64,000 nucleotides of DNA, from assembly GCF_018350175.1 (NCBI RefSeq), contig NC_058383.1:3286001-3350000 (forward strand), read 5' to 3'. The notes beneath the pieces were generated by a model. The model was not told where the DNA came from and did no database searches. It saw nothing but the letters and a program-made list of their open reading frames with translations. Every line of letters starts with the position of its first letter. Positions within the stretch are counted from its first letter, which is position 1. The stretch is from Felis catus (Eukaryota). Of the stretch, positions 50,512-62,860 are shown one piece after another. Both the position numbers and the translations under genes were made by a program.

Positions 50512-51315
50512 TCTTTTTTTATTGTGGTACAATACATATAACCCTTTTAAGCATTTTAAGCGTACAGGTCAGTGGTGTCAACATTCACCATGTTGTGCAA
50601 CCGTCACCAATATCCATTGCCAAAACGTTTTCATCACCCCAGATAGAAACCCTTTGTGGGTTTTTTTGTTTTTATTTATTTATTTATTTTTGAGAGAGAA
50701 AGAGAGAGCGCACAAGTGCGTGCACAAGCAGGGGAGGGACAGAGAGAGAGGCGGACAGAGGATCTGAAGCAGGCTCTGCACACGCAACAAAGAGCCCAAC
50801 ACGGGACTCAATCTCACTACCTGTGAGATCATGACCTCAGCTAAAGGCAGACGCTTAACCGACCGAGCCACCCAGGCACCCCAAGAAACCCTGTGTGTTT
50901 TAAGTAATAACTCCATGTTCCCTTCTCCACTGCCACTCTGATAACCTTTAATCTACCTTTTGTCCCTATGAATGTGCATATTTGAGATCTTTCATATAAG
51001 TAAGATCAGATGATACTTGTCCTTTTGTGTCTGGCTTATTTCACGGGGCATGTTTTCAAGTTCATCCACCTTCTAGCAGGTGTCAGAATGTCATTCCCTT
51101 TATGGCTGAATAATATTCCATCGTATGAATGTACCAGAACTTGCTTATGCATTCACCTGTTGATACACATTTGGGTTGTTTCAGCTTTCGGCCATTGTGA
51201 CTAGTGCTGTAACGAACATTCACATACCAATATCTGTCTTAGTCCCTGCTCTCTGTCCTTCGAGGTGTACACCTGGGAATGGAATTGCTGGGTCCTATGG
51301 CGATGCTGTGGTTTT
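50512..51315 (-). mobile_element. L1MB-like 3' end interrupted by a SINE
   Basis: attgtggtacaatacatata...cattcaccatgttgtgcaaccgtcacc...tttatggctgaataatattccat...ggaattgctgggtc. Confidence 0.9.
50661..50882 (-). mobile_element. CanSINE SINEC_Fc-type
   Basis: Poly-T, GA tract and head ...gagccacccaggcacccc. TSD agaaaccctttgtg / agaaaccctgtgtg. Confidence 0.96.
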
Positions 51316-51884
51316 AAAAATATGTTCTTGGCAAAGTAAATCACAGAGATAAAGCAAAGCAGCAGAGGGAGTGGAGGTCTTATGTCATCTTCTGTTTCGG
51401 TTAACTTTCATGGTATTCAGGGTTTGGGCCAATGTTTCTCAGCCCTGAATTGCCCAGTTCTTACTGATGACTCCTCAGTGGTGTGTACCAGGTGCATCCA
51501 GTGTGATTTTCGATGGGACTACAAAAGTTTGAGCAAGGGTTGTCGTGTGTATTGCTTATTTCTATTGTCCCTTCCTGTGGGCGCTTGTTGGGGTTTGGGG
51601 CGATGCCCCAGCACTGTACTCGCTCCTGCTTCGATGCACCGTGTCTGCGTCTTTCTCACCTGCTCAGCTTTCCCTCACTTGGCAAGCACTTACCGAGCCC
51701 CTACAACGTGCTTGCTCCTGTGATAGCAGTGCAGTGAGACACGGGTCCTGGTCAGTGAGGCAGGCAGAGGGAAGGTGATGGAAAGTGTGGGGAGGGTGGT
51801 GGAAGAGCCGTGCATGGTGGTGCTCACAGAGCCCAGCTCCCTACCCAGAGGACGCCAGGTGTGTGTCTGGAACGCCCGGCACAC

Positions 51885-52130
51885 TGGGCTGCAAAACACA
51901 AACACTCATACTGGTTCCGGCAAGTGATGGAGAACCCACTGCGCAAGCACAGGGCCGTAGGAAGGCAGGACTGCAGGGAAGGCTGTTCAGTCCAGGTGGA
52001 ACAGCGCTTTGTCTGGTTACCTGCCAGAACCCCCGTGCCAAGGCCACGGTTGGCAGGTCCCTTCATAGGCTGCCGGTTATATGCCCACCCAGGTCCAATC
52101 AGCTGTGACCAGGACGGCTGGGTCATGTGG
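51885..52130 (-). mobile_element. Possible MLT1K/L-like LTR fragment
   Basis: ggctgcaaaacacaaacactcatactgg...tgcccacccaggtccaatcagctgtgaccagg...gggtcatgtgg. Confidence 0.4.
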
Positions 52131-53319
52131 ACGTAGCTTAGTGATTCACGTGGGGCACCTGCTCCCAGGACATCCTGATGCTTGTTCCAGCCGCCCCAAG
52201 CACCCACTACAGCCCCTCCCTTAAGTCCTCTGACGCTTGGCCATTCACACTCGTATCGCACCTAAGCTGACATTAGATTCCTGTCTCTTTCCTCTAAATC
52301 ACTTCTGATACATTTTTTGATGTCAAAAGGGAAATCATACTCTTTTCAAGTGAATATGTAATAAATGTACCCTGTCTTCCCAGGTATCATAGAGCAGGTG
52401 TGAGGAAAAGACAGCATCCTCTGGGGGATCCAGGAGGGAAAGAAACCAGTTTTTTGATGCCTTGCAGTGAAGAAGGAATAAGCCACGTTTGAGAGACATG
52501 GGTTGAAGTCTCCTGCTTCTGTAAATGTTCTTTCTGCCAGCGTAGGTCATTTTGGAGTTCTGGAATGGTCCGTCAGGAACTGAACCTAGGCTCATCCGCA
52601 TGGCCTTTCTCTGCTCAGCCAGACAGGGGTGGTGAGTAGATTGGAAGGCAGCCCCTTTGGCTGTGCTTTTGGCCCATTTTCCTCTTGGTTGCCCTGAGTT
52701 TATTTATTCCTGGAATGCGCTTTAGGGAATTTCTTGTCACGGGTAATGGAAGGGTCCAGGGACAGGCGGTCTTCAGACACGGCTAGCCCCACATGCTTCA
52801 CTTCATCAGACTGGGTTTCTTTCCAAATCGGGCACGTCTGTCCTCCAGCGTGGCTCCATTCTCAAGCAAAGTCTCGGGTTATGGCCACCAGTAACTCCAG
52901 TGTTACATCCTGCCCCTGCCACAGGGCACATGCCCCATCTGCTCTGTGGGTGATGCTGTTGGCCAGCATGAGGAGTGCCCGGTAGAGCAGGGGAAGGGTG
53001 GGTTGAGGTGCGGTGGGCCCATTCCAAGGAGCATCCCCGATCCTCCCGTTCTGGCCTCCAATTAGCCTGGCATGGCCACCTTGCAGCACATTTATAGCAA
53101 AGTGTGTCCCAGCCCTCCCAAAGATGACAGGCTCGGGAAGCATCTAGAGGGTGGGGGCCATGTGAGTGGTCCCCACGGTGCCTGGTGCGTTGTCTTCTAG
53201 TTATCTAGTGTGTATAAGTGGATTTTGTCTCTATGTGCTACACAACATGAGCTTGTATCATGTCTAAGAATAAACAAAGACACGTGTTCTAGGTACGTAT
53301 GTTTTGAAATTCACTACAG

Positions 53320-54470
53320 AGAAGCTCAGTGATTAAAGCGGCCTCTCCTAATTCCCATGATCTATGGCTTTATCTCTTTGTGTACCTTACTTGCTTAAAG
53401 TAAGATACCTTGTAATACATAAATCAGCCCTTTTCGACTAAGAGTTAAATGCAACACAGCCTCAAAGGCATAAATGAGCAGGAGGGATCTTTGCGCATTT
53501 ACACCCCGAGGGAAGTGACTGTTCTATGCGAGAAGTAGTGGCCAAGGGTAGGGTTCATTTAAAATGTATAAAAATAATACGGGCGCTCACGGATGGAGAG
53601 ACTGTCTGAAAGGACCGTTCACTTTTTGGGTGCTGCTGATGTGGGAGCATTGTTTCTTCACGGGGAAAACAATGACACAGTGTGTGACTGGCTCCCTGCC
53701 TCCTGCTGCATCAGCAGACGGTCCCATTATTTTTGGGGGGAATGTGCAGTGCTCTGCACCTCTGTTCTCTCTCCAACGCCCAGAACCACAGCAGAGGGAG
53801 AATGAGAGCATTTGAGAGGGATGAAACAAACAGATTATTCTGCTGTGCCGCCACACCACGACAGCACAATCCTCTGTTCAAAAGCATCTCTTGTGAGGCA
53901 CATTTTTAAGCCGTATTATGTCTACAAAGCCCGTCTGTGTGGGAAGATTTGCGCGTGCAGGGAAAATAGCTGCGTGTTGCAGAATATTGCCGAAAGAGGC
54001 CACTTTCTTCTGGCCAGGGAGTCTGTTTCCTTAGCGTTCCGGAAGGTGCCTGAGCTCTCCGAGGTCACTGGAAGTATTAACAGGCTAGAAGACCATTCTG
54101 TTACATTGGTGCTACCGTCCCGGTCAGAAGCCTTCTCAAGCCTCTAGGGCCTGCCCTTGACCCCAGAGGGGCTTCCGTGTACAAGCATGCAATCTGGGCA
54201 CGCCCAGTCGAAAGGTGTCGAAGCGAGCGTCTTTATTTGGCATTTGCCTTGCGATTGTAGCCTGTTGGAAGTCGTCCGCGGTGTAACTTTGTGGAAAGCA
54301 GGTCACCTGAAAGGCCACTCTTTGACCCTTCTGCCTGAACAGCTGATGATTCTTCCTCTCAAATCCATCGTAAGCACTTACCCAGAAAAATTGATTATTC
54401 GGATCGTTAAATCCCCAATTAGTCTGGATAATCGACGACCTATTGTATCCCATAAATGTGACACGTGCTG
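53320..54470. promoter_or_regulatory. Candidate enhancer cluster
   Basis: Unique sequence with PBX-HOX cataaatca 53418-53426, gattaa/taatt cores and a second AT-rich block at 54340-54465. Confidence 0.3.
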
Positions 54471-56825
54471 TGGGGCACAGCGGGCTTCTTCCTCAGTGTC
54501 CTATGGCTCCTCCTTCCTCAAGTTCACACTCACGGCTCCCCTGGCTTTCCGCTCTCCTCGCCTGATGGTTTTGCAGGGCCTTGGCAAGATGGCGCCCTTG
54601 ACCCTACGCCAGCTCCGTTGTGTGCCAGCCAGAGTGGCCCAGCTGGGAGGCTCTGTGGAGCCTTTCTCTTTTCGCTGGGACAGAAGTGGAAATGACACGT
54701 AAAACATGGGTCAGCGTGAAGGGACGTGCCCTCATACGGCCACCGTGGCTGCCCTTGGAAGTGTTCGACTCAAACCCGTGTTCGTCTGGCACCACGCCTG
54801 CCTGGCCTCACAATTAAGGAAAGAGGAATTCAGGTGACCTCCCCAAGGGCTTCTAGCTGCTCAGGACCCAGGCCGCCCGGTTCCCTACCGGACCGTTGTT
54901 TTCTCCCCAGCCTTATGAGGTGTTGGGGAGGAGAGGTCACAGGGCTATGACAGTGAGTCAGGGACCCCGCAGGGAGCAGGCCCGGCCCCGGAGCCCGTGG
55001 GGACTGTGCGAACTCCCCCACGGTGGTGTGCAATGGTCGTGCGAAGGTCGTCATCTGGTGCAGCTTGCTCACAAGTGCCCTGGGGGCTGGGATGGAGAGA
55101 TCATCTGGCTGGGGATGCGAATGAGACGCCCCTTGAAGGCTGGGCGCCCGCAAGGGAAGAGGGAGGGGCAGCGAGCAGGGCCTTTTACTTGGAACAAAGG
55201 GCAGGAGGCAGGTGTGTGGGACGAGCCAGGTGACCCAGGAGCTTGGAGGTTGTTCCGTGTCCTCAGGGAAGGGCTTGGAGACACGACAGCTGTGTTCTGG
55301 ATGGGGAGTCTCTCGAGCAGAGGGGAAGCTGGAGGCCTAGCTTCCGAAATGTGTTTCCTCCACTAGGGGAGTGAACCCGCGCTGGCTGCTGGCAGATTTT
55401 GCTTGCTTTCGTTCGTATGCTAATGTGCATATGGTGAATTCCGAGGAGAGGGGGACTCCTCCGTTGGGTCATTTGACCACAGAGCCTCTTTGTCACCGCA
55501 ACTGGCACCTGGTAAGCCCTCAATGTTTGTGCGTGGACACATGCACAGGCGTGACACCAGTATGCGCAGAACCGCGTTCTCGCAGGGGGAAGCCGTGCGG
55601 GGGCTTTGTGAGTTCCCCAGGGAGGAAGCCGCGTTGTTGGCACTGAGCTTCTGGCTGAAGACAGAAAGCCCGCCGTGGCCCCCAGCCCCACGCACAGCCC
55701 CACCGGGCTCCGGGGGGACCCCGGGCCACACGACGGCACAGGAGGGAAACCTGCTTCCTCCCTTAGACACCCACTTGTTTGAGAAGTACATGAAGCCTGG
55801 CCCTCCCCCTGCGCCAGCTCCCCTTACACATACAAGTCACTCCTTTCCCTGTGTCCCCACCGGAGAAGCCTCAGAGGGGAGAGCCCCAGCCAGAAGAGGG
55901 GCGTGGCCTCCTGTCTTCCCCCTCCCCTCTAACCCTGGGATCTGTGAACTAGGGGGCTTCTAGGGGGGAAAAGGGTAGAGATGAGGGTGAGGCCGCCCCT
56001 CGGGGCATCACTTGGAAACCCCCCTGGTTCAGGGGAAGCCCTTTTCCTAGCAGCTCCAGGCCTCTGGCTGCCTCTGGCTGCCTCTGGATCCATTCCTTTA
56101 CTCTTCCCCCTCTGGCCTTTCTCCTCTACCTTTGCTTCCTGCCTCCAGTCCTTTATTTCCCTGGAACATAGCCCTGCTCTGCCAACGGCCTTTCCCTCAT
56201 TAAACCCTCCTGCCTGCGTAAGTTCGCCCAAGGTTACCTCTTCATCTGTTCTGGTCACTGTGGGTGCAGCAGAAATAAGGAAACTGATTTGGGGCAAGAC
56301 CGATGCTGCCCTTTACCCATTTCTCTTTGATTTTCCTTCGTGTTTCTCCCTGGTCATCTGTCTCCCTGATCTCGTGGTGTGCTGTCTGAGAATCACGGGA
56401 GCCAGAGAGAAGGAGGCCCGGAGGGTGACTGGCTTGCCACAGAGGACCCATGTGGTTCACGGCAGTGCTGGGGCCACAGCCAAGTGCTCATCCTGCTGAA
56501 CCCCCCTCCTTCCTTGACGGTGTCTGCTCTTCCGGAGGCTTCCCACTTTCCATAAAGACCCAAGAGGCCCCTTCCAGATGTTGAGGAAAGGTAGGGAGCA
56601 ATTTCAAGGGCCCGGACTGGGGGTAGCTTCCTATTTTGCATTTGCTGCAAGCCCATTTGCAGTTTTTCTTCATACGTGGCTTAAAGTGCGCACATTACAC
56701 AGTTCATTTATGCCTTTATCGTAATTAGGAGCAAGCAAGTTGCTGCCGTAAGTTGCTTGTCTGAGCTATTATGGTGTTTGCCTTTTCTCCATTCCTCTTT
56801 ATCTTCTTATGCTCTTCTGTCTTAG

Positions 56826-56893
56826 TGGCTTCATGTCAAATCTTTTAAATGGTTATCGTATTCTCCTTTCTGAGATCAATGGCAGGGCAGAAA
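56826..56893 (+). other. Weak candidate 68-nt cassette exon within a CNE-like block
   Basis: About 45-nt pyrimidine tract ending tcttag| and donor AAA|gtatgt. Length is not a multiple of 3. Confidence 0.2.
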
Positions 56894-57387
56894 GTATGTC
56901 CATAATTCGGGGAAATGAAGAAATGTGCATACGTACGTGTACACGTAGGGAGACGGTGCTGAGGTCACAGTGAGGTTGAGCGGAGACGGGGTAACACGAG
57001 ATTAACGGCTAACACCGTTTTCGTGCTCCCACAACTCTGAAACGGTGCGTTTGCAGCCGACACGGTGTATTGGCGGCTGCCGTGCACAGACTTACCTGCT
57101 GCTGCGGCGTTGCAGGGGACGATCAGATGGCGGAGGCAGGGGCTTCGGAGGTTTGCTCCTGCACACACGTGTTTTGCGTGAGGACAGACGGGGGGGAATC
57201 TGCCGGCCACAGTGGCGTGGGCCACTCCACAGGAGCTCCAGAGGGGCCGTGACAGCCCTTCTGGTAATTGGAAGCTAACTGGGATGATGAGAAAACGTAC
57301 ACACAATTTAGGCAACTGATGTGCTTTTTGAGAATTTCAATGAGACCCCTGCATTCGTTTCAACTTTTAAAAAGAAATCATTTCCTT

Positions 57388-57610
57388 GGGGCGCCTGGGT
57401 GGCGCAGTCGGTTAAGCGTCCGACTTCAGCCAGGTCACGATCTCGCGGTCCGTGAGTTTGAGCCCCGCGTCAGGCTCTGGGCTGATGGCTCAGAGCCTAG
57501 AGCCTGTTTCCGATTCTGTGTCTCCCTCTCTCTGCCCCTCCCCCGTTCATGCTCTGTCTCTCTCTGTCCCAAAAATAAATAAACGTTGAAAAAAAAATTA
57601 AAAAAAAAAA
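57388..57610 (+). mobile_element. Very young felid CanSINE (SINEC_Fc1-like)
   Basis: CpG-intact head ggggcgcctgggtggcgcagtcggttaagcgtccgacttcagccaggtcacgatctcgcggtccgtg and long A-tail. Perfect 17-bp TSD aaaaagaaatcatttcc at 57369-57385 and 57611-57627. Confidence 0.98.
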
Positions 57611-58536
57611 AAAAAGAAATCATTTCCAAAGTTTCCAGAAGTGCACACATGTTGTGGTCTAAGTGCCTGGTGAGACTGGACCTGTGTTGCGTGGGTGTTG
57701 GTAATGTGGGTGCAGGTGTCAGACCTGAACCATGTTCCGTCTGTCAGTCAGCTTGTGGGGCACATTTCTCCTGGAAACCTCACAGTCACTGACTGCTCAC
57801 CTTTACAGACCCTGTGCCTAGGTGGCCCTGGGAGCCCAAGGGGTCAAGGATAGTTTTCAAATGAACAGAATGAACATTCTGGCAGTGGCAGGGGGTGGGG
57901 TGAGCCTCGGGTCTCCCCTGTTCTCGCTGTCTCTTTGGCAAAGCTGGTGAGTGTAGCAGTGAAGGAGGGACCCAGGTGGAGCAGGGAGTCCTAGTACTGG
58001 GGGGCGCGAGAGCATGTATCCTAGCCAGGCACCCCATCCCTGCAGCCACTTCCAAGTTACAGAAGTTGATGATGGGCCCTCAGTGCTCAGTGCTGAGCCG
58101 CAAGAGACTTACTGGTCCTTATACTCTGTATGCACCTTCTACCAGGAGCTCTCCATCAAAAAGCCCGGCCCGGCCAGGTGTATTTGGGGTGATCATTCAT
58201 TTGGTACATACGTAGATATTTTACTTTTTATCTTTATTCTGCAACCTACTGTTTGTTCGTTTATTTATCCTTTTTTACCATCTCCACTAAATGAAAGGAG
58301 AGCTTAAACTCTGAGAAGTCTGTCCTGTTACTTTTTAATGTTCTGGTAGAAAAAAGGATTATTTGTACTCCTGCTGCCTTGTCTCTAAAGACAAAGGAAA
58401 GTTGACTGCTCATGTGTGCTACAGGCAAATCAGTCATTTTAAGCAATTTCCCGGTAAGGTTTAACATGGCCTCCAACAATTACTTAGGGACTGGCTCTGG
58501 CTTATTCATATTTTCCTGTATGACACACTTTGCCTC

Positions 58537-58578
<42 letters not shown>

Positions 58579-58595
58579 CGCGTATACATGTGCAT
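58537..58595. repeat. Compound (TG)15(CG)6 microsatellite within a 59-nt purine-pyrimidine alternation
   Basis: tgcg(tg)15(cg)6tatacatgtgcat. Confidence 0.95.
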
Positions 58596-61029
58596 TCTAT
58601 GTCTAGGAAAAGCGCTGAGTACCAGTTTTTTTTTTAACTGAATTATTGGGTATTAGAGAAATTTAACAACATTCCTGCCAAATTCTATACACAGTACTTC
58701 CTATTATCTGCCATTTGATGGAAGAGGAAAAGGTAGGTAGAAAGGCAGACAGACATTGGGTGTTCGTCTCTCCAGAACTTCCTGGTTTAGGCACAGGTAC
58801 ACCCTCACTGTACCAAATTTCTCACCAGACCCCAGTGCCTGACGCCATTTCTCCCTTTCAGTGACTCTCCTGGGCCCAAAGGCTCACAAGCCTAAGGCAG
58901 ATCCCCATCTAAGATTCTCCTGTCATCCCTTAACAAAATAATTCTGCATCACCGATTGTTTTCCATCAAATGAATCCTCAAGTGGTATAGAAAATACAAA
59001 GAGTCTGTCTGTTGCATGGACCACACATATTCAAAACTATTTTCAGGCTTATCATTTTGAATCTAATTTGGCACTAAATGAAAATCAATCCCTTGATAGC
59101 ATTAAGTCTCTGATTTCTATCCATTGTCTCGCGGGCAAGTGTCTCTGTTTCCAAGTCACCACTCATCATGCGCAGTGTTCAGCTAATGTTTACTGAACCT
59201 CTGCTTTCTGCTGAGAGCTGTGCCTGACCCCAGGGCAGCTCCAGCAGGAGGCATCCAGCTGTGAGGGCTTCTGTCCCAGGGCAGACGACAGGGAGCATCC
59301 TTCCAGCCAGAGTGTAAGAGGCACATAACAGGCTTCCCGAGGGGAGAAGCGGGGGTGCTCTGGGCACCTGGAGGAGAGAGCCTCGCGTGTTTGGGGGCAC
59401 CAGGAGTTAGCGTCTGAACCGGACCCTGAGGGGTGGGTGGAGGCGGTGAGAAGGAAGTCGAGGCTCATGTGTGAGCACTGCCTAACTCCTTAATGAGGCT
59501 TACGGGAACTTGTACACGGCCAGCTATCAAATTCAAAACATAAGTCTTGCCTCTTGTTTCCACGGCTCTGGAGGAGGGAGAGACTAAGATCTCTAACAGA
59601 CGTTCTCAAATTTCCTTTCCTGCTTGTGCACACGGGCATGTGGATGCGCGCTCACGCACGTGCACACACCCCCCTCTCGCGCGCTCAGGGTTTATTGTCA
59701 CCGAGGGAAGAGAGGAAGGTTTAGGGCTCAGAGATTCTGGTCAAAGTCCCAATAAAGCCGAAGCAGCTTCTGTGGCAATTCTTGTTTTCTGTTGCGGGGC
59801 CCAGGGCAGCTCATTTTGTGGGCCTCGTGTGCAACTCATGGCTCTTAGACACCCCCTCGTCTGGGAAGGCCGTGCGGCAACATTTCCTCTGACCGGGACC
59901 CGTCCGCTGCCGAGGGCACTGCCTTCCTACCCCAAACACAAGGGAGGTCAGGGCCCCGTGCCCTCCATCTCCACGCTGTGGCGTCTTGAGAACCTCGGGG
60001 ACCCGTGCGTCAATCCAGTCGGCCTCTGGGGGTGGCCTCGGGTGGGCCGCTCTCCTGCCCGGTCCCCCCTCTCGTGTGTCCGCGCGTGTGGCTTCCCGCC
60101 GCCTTTTTCCCACGGACACACCCTCAGCACCCACACTGTCACATTTCACTTCTTTTCAGATTGATCTGTGGGCACAGAATTATCCTTCTGTCCATTATTA
60201 TTACAACATTCAGCGCCATCCTCGTTAGCCCAGTAACTCATGACTATTACTATCATTGCTAATACCGTGGCCACTCACTAAATATGAATAATTCATGCTA
60301 TCACTAATATAATCACTGTTATTAACGATACTTCCTCTCCACGTAATCCGTCTTTGCTGCCTGTCTCCCTCTGTGTCCCTTCACCTTCTCCCCGCCTGCG
60401 GTCCCCGCAGATCCTAGGAGTCGGGCTTCTCCCCCTGGGCCAGGGTGAAAGAGTGCCTGTGACCAAGCAACACTTCGTTGTCCTCGGAGGCAAGACGCGG
60501 GGTGAACTGCTGGGTTTGATGCTCACGCGGTGTGCCGGCGTTCCCAGCATCGCGCTTGTCTCTGAGTCGGACTTGGCCTTCACCGGGGCCACAAGGCCCC
60601 CTGATGCCGCAGGTCAGGAATCGAGAGGCCACGTGCCCGCCGCCCCACCTCCAGTGATGACCGATGGCAGTTGGAGGGGTGGATGGGGGGCGTCAGAGGG
60701 ACCAGAGTTACTCCTTACTCCTCCTGGTAAACTGAGAATTCGTGGAGTGTGGCCAAAATATCGCCACGCGTTTTGTGCTCTGCAGATTGTGCTTCTAGGA
60801 GCACCAGCATCTTGAGCACTTAAAGATCCCGATTTAGCAATTGTCTGCTGTGCCAGAGCCCGTGGGGCGTGAAGGGACCGCCAGTCTAGTTGGGGACCAT
60901 ACATGCAATTCGTGAGGACCATCTCCACTGAGGCTGCACGAGACACGGGCTGTGCCCACACCTCGCCTCTCAGACTTGCACCGGAGTCAGGTCACAGTCC
61001 TCTGAGGGGAGGAGAGCAAAACTACACTT

Positions 61030-61830
61030 AGAGACAGTGCTGTGACACGAGTGTAAGCACGGGGGCTCTCGGGTCACAGAGGAGGGGCTCCTCCTTAGCC
61101 CGAGGGAGTCACCAGGTCTGGGAAAGGTTCACAGTGGAGACAACAATTAGCCGGCCTTTTGGGATGCAGGGGTGCGGCAGGGAGGGCTGGGTGAAAGCAC
61201 AGTGCAGCCAGAGGAAACCCTATGCAGATGGGGAGCATCCCAGGGACGGCGATGACTGCCCCCCCGCCCCGCCCTGTGGCTGGAAGAGGGGTCTGGAGCA
61301 GGAGGGGAAGAATGTGCCATGTATCCGAGGCTCCTGCACTTTGTTCTACAGGTTACAGTAATTCCTTCCGGAAGGATTTCAAAACTAGGGGTGTTTCAGG
61401 AAGATCATTCTGGCTGCAGCATGTGGGCCAGCTTGAATGAAGGCTTTTGCAGTATGCCGGATGTGATGTCTTAGGACTTGAGCTAAGAGAGTGGCAGTGA
61501 CGGTGAAGAGAGGGACACACTTGTGAGTTTGGGGGAGATTGCAGAATCCACACGTGTTAATTTACAGGTGTCTTCCGTGGCTTTTATGGTTCCGGCCTGA
61601 GTGGCCGATTGGGTGATGGTGATGTTCCCAGGGGTTGGCTGACCCAGGAGCAGGTCTGGGGGGAAGAACAGGAAGAGAAATGAGATAATGGATTCTGCTT
61701 TGATACACTGCGTTTTAGATCCCAGCATGGAAATTTCCAGAAGGCAAATAGGCACCTAAGCTACCAGGCTGGGACTAGAGATGGAGATTTGGGAGTCTTA
61801 CTTTAGGGTGGTTTTGATGACCAAGAATTG
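61030..61830 (-). mobile_element. L2 LINE fragment
   Basis: ggaagatcattctggctgcag...ggctgggactagagatggagatttgggagtc. Minus ORF 61483-61755 (CLLEISM...KAESIIS) resembles the L2 RT C-terminus. Confidence 0.8.
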
Positions 61831-62175
61831 GGCAGTGGAAGGGTGTTGAAGGACAAACCAGCACCGAATGGTGAAGAGGGAGGACAGATAAGAGTGGAAA
61901 GAGGAGGTGGTAAAGTGTCAGCGAGCCACAGCCTAAAGCAGGGCTGAGCTACCATATGAAAAGGCCGGAAAATCCCTCGCAGAAGTAAGGAAGGCGCAGG
62001 CGGTAGCTTGAGTGGCCCCTGTGGCGTTCCCCGGCATTGCAGACACAAGTGCGCAAGCATTACCCGGGTCCTCAGGCGAAGGAGGCAGAGACAGAGAAAT
62101 TTCAGATCGACTCTCTGCTTCCTGTTACTCAGATGTAAATTAGAGGGTGTGGGAACAGAAAGTTTCTTTTTTGCA

Positions 62176-62362
62176 GGACGTCTGGGTGGTGCAGTCGGCT
62201 GAGCGTCTGACTCTTGATTTCGGCTCAGGTCGTGATCCCAGGGTCGGACTCTGCACTGAGTGTGGAACCTGCCTAAGATACTCTGTCTGTCTGTCTCTCT
62301 CTCTCTCTCTGTCTCTCTACTTCTGCCCTTCTCCCCCGCGCTCTCTCTGTCTCTCAAAAAAA
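62176..62362 (+). mobile_element. CanSINE (ctcttgatttcggctcagg subtype, internally deleted)
   Basis: ggacgtctgggtggtgcagtcggctgagcgtctgactcttgatttcggctcagg...(CT)n, A-tail. Confidence 0.92.
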
Positions 62363-62371
62363 GAAGTTTTC

Positions 62372-62860
62372 TCTTTCTTATTACCAAAGTAATAAATGTT
62401 AACTGTAGAGACGAGAAAAGATAGATAAGCAGAAAGATGTCCATGACTTGCAACTCTGTAGCCCAGGCTCGTGATGGTTAACATTTTCATACATATTTCC
62501 TGCAATAAAAAGAAACATTTTTAGCAAAACAGGCTTATACCATGTATTCTATTTTGTAAGATTTATTACTGAATATTTCATTATTTATACAATGTTAACT
62601 ACCTACTGTCATTTTAAATAGCTGCCTAGTTTCCTTTTTTAAACAAACATGATTTATCTACCTAGCTCTCGACCATCGGACGTTCAGACGGTCTCCCGAT
62701 TTTCCCCGTTACAGACAGAATGGTGAATATCCTTTTAGCCACATCTGTGTGAACATCAAAATTATCTCTTTACCATAAATTCCTGGAAGTGGAACTGACC
62801 TGTTGAAGGATGCTGTGGTCCAGCTGTTGAGTTATATTAGAAATAGACGCCCACACATGC
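62372..62860 (-). mobile_element. L1ME-like 3' fragment
   Basis: ttattaccaaagtaataaatgtt...ggttaacattttc...ggtgaatatcctt...taaattcctggaagtggaac. Confidence 0.65.

Noticed and set aside
54382..54467. Minus-strand peptide HLWDTIGRRL resembling the Tc1/mariner NPIEHxWD..GRRL motif
   Set aside because: The upstream SPDLNPIE catalytic motif is absent, stops flank it closely and there are no TIRs. Likely coincidence.
57388..57460. tRNA-like A/B-box sequences
   Set aside because: These are tRNA-derived CanSINE heads followed by CT tract, A-tail and TSD, not tRNA genes.
60190..60330. AT-rich stretch with TAT/CAT periodicity
   Set aside because: Looks like a decayed trinucleotide simple repeat with no sign of function.
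61803..62453. 216-aa ORF
   Set aside because: Runs through a CanSINE (ERERETDR from the CT tract) and L1/L2 remnants.
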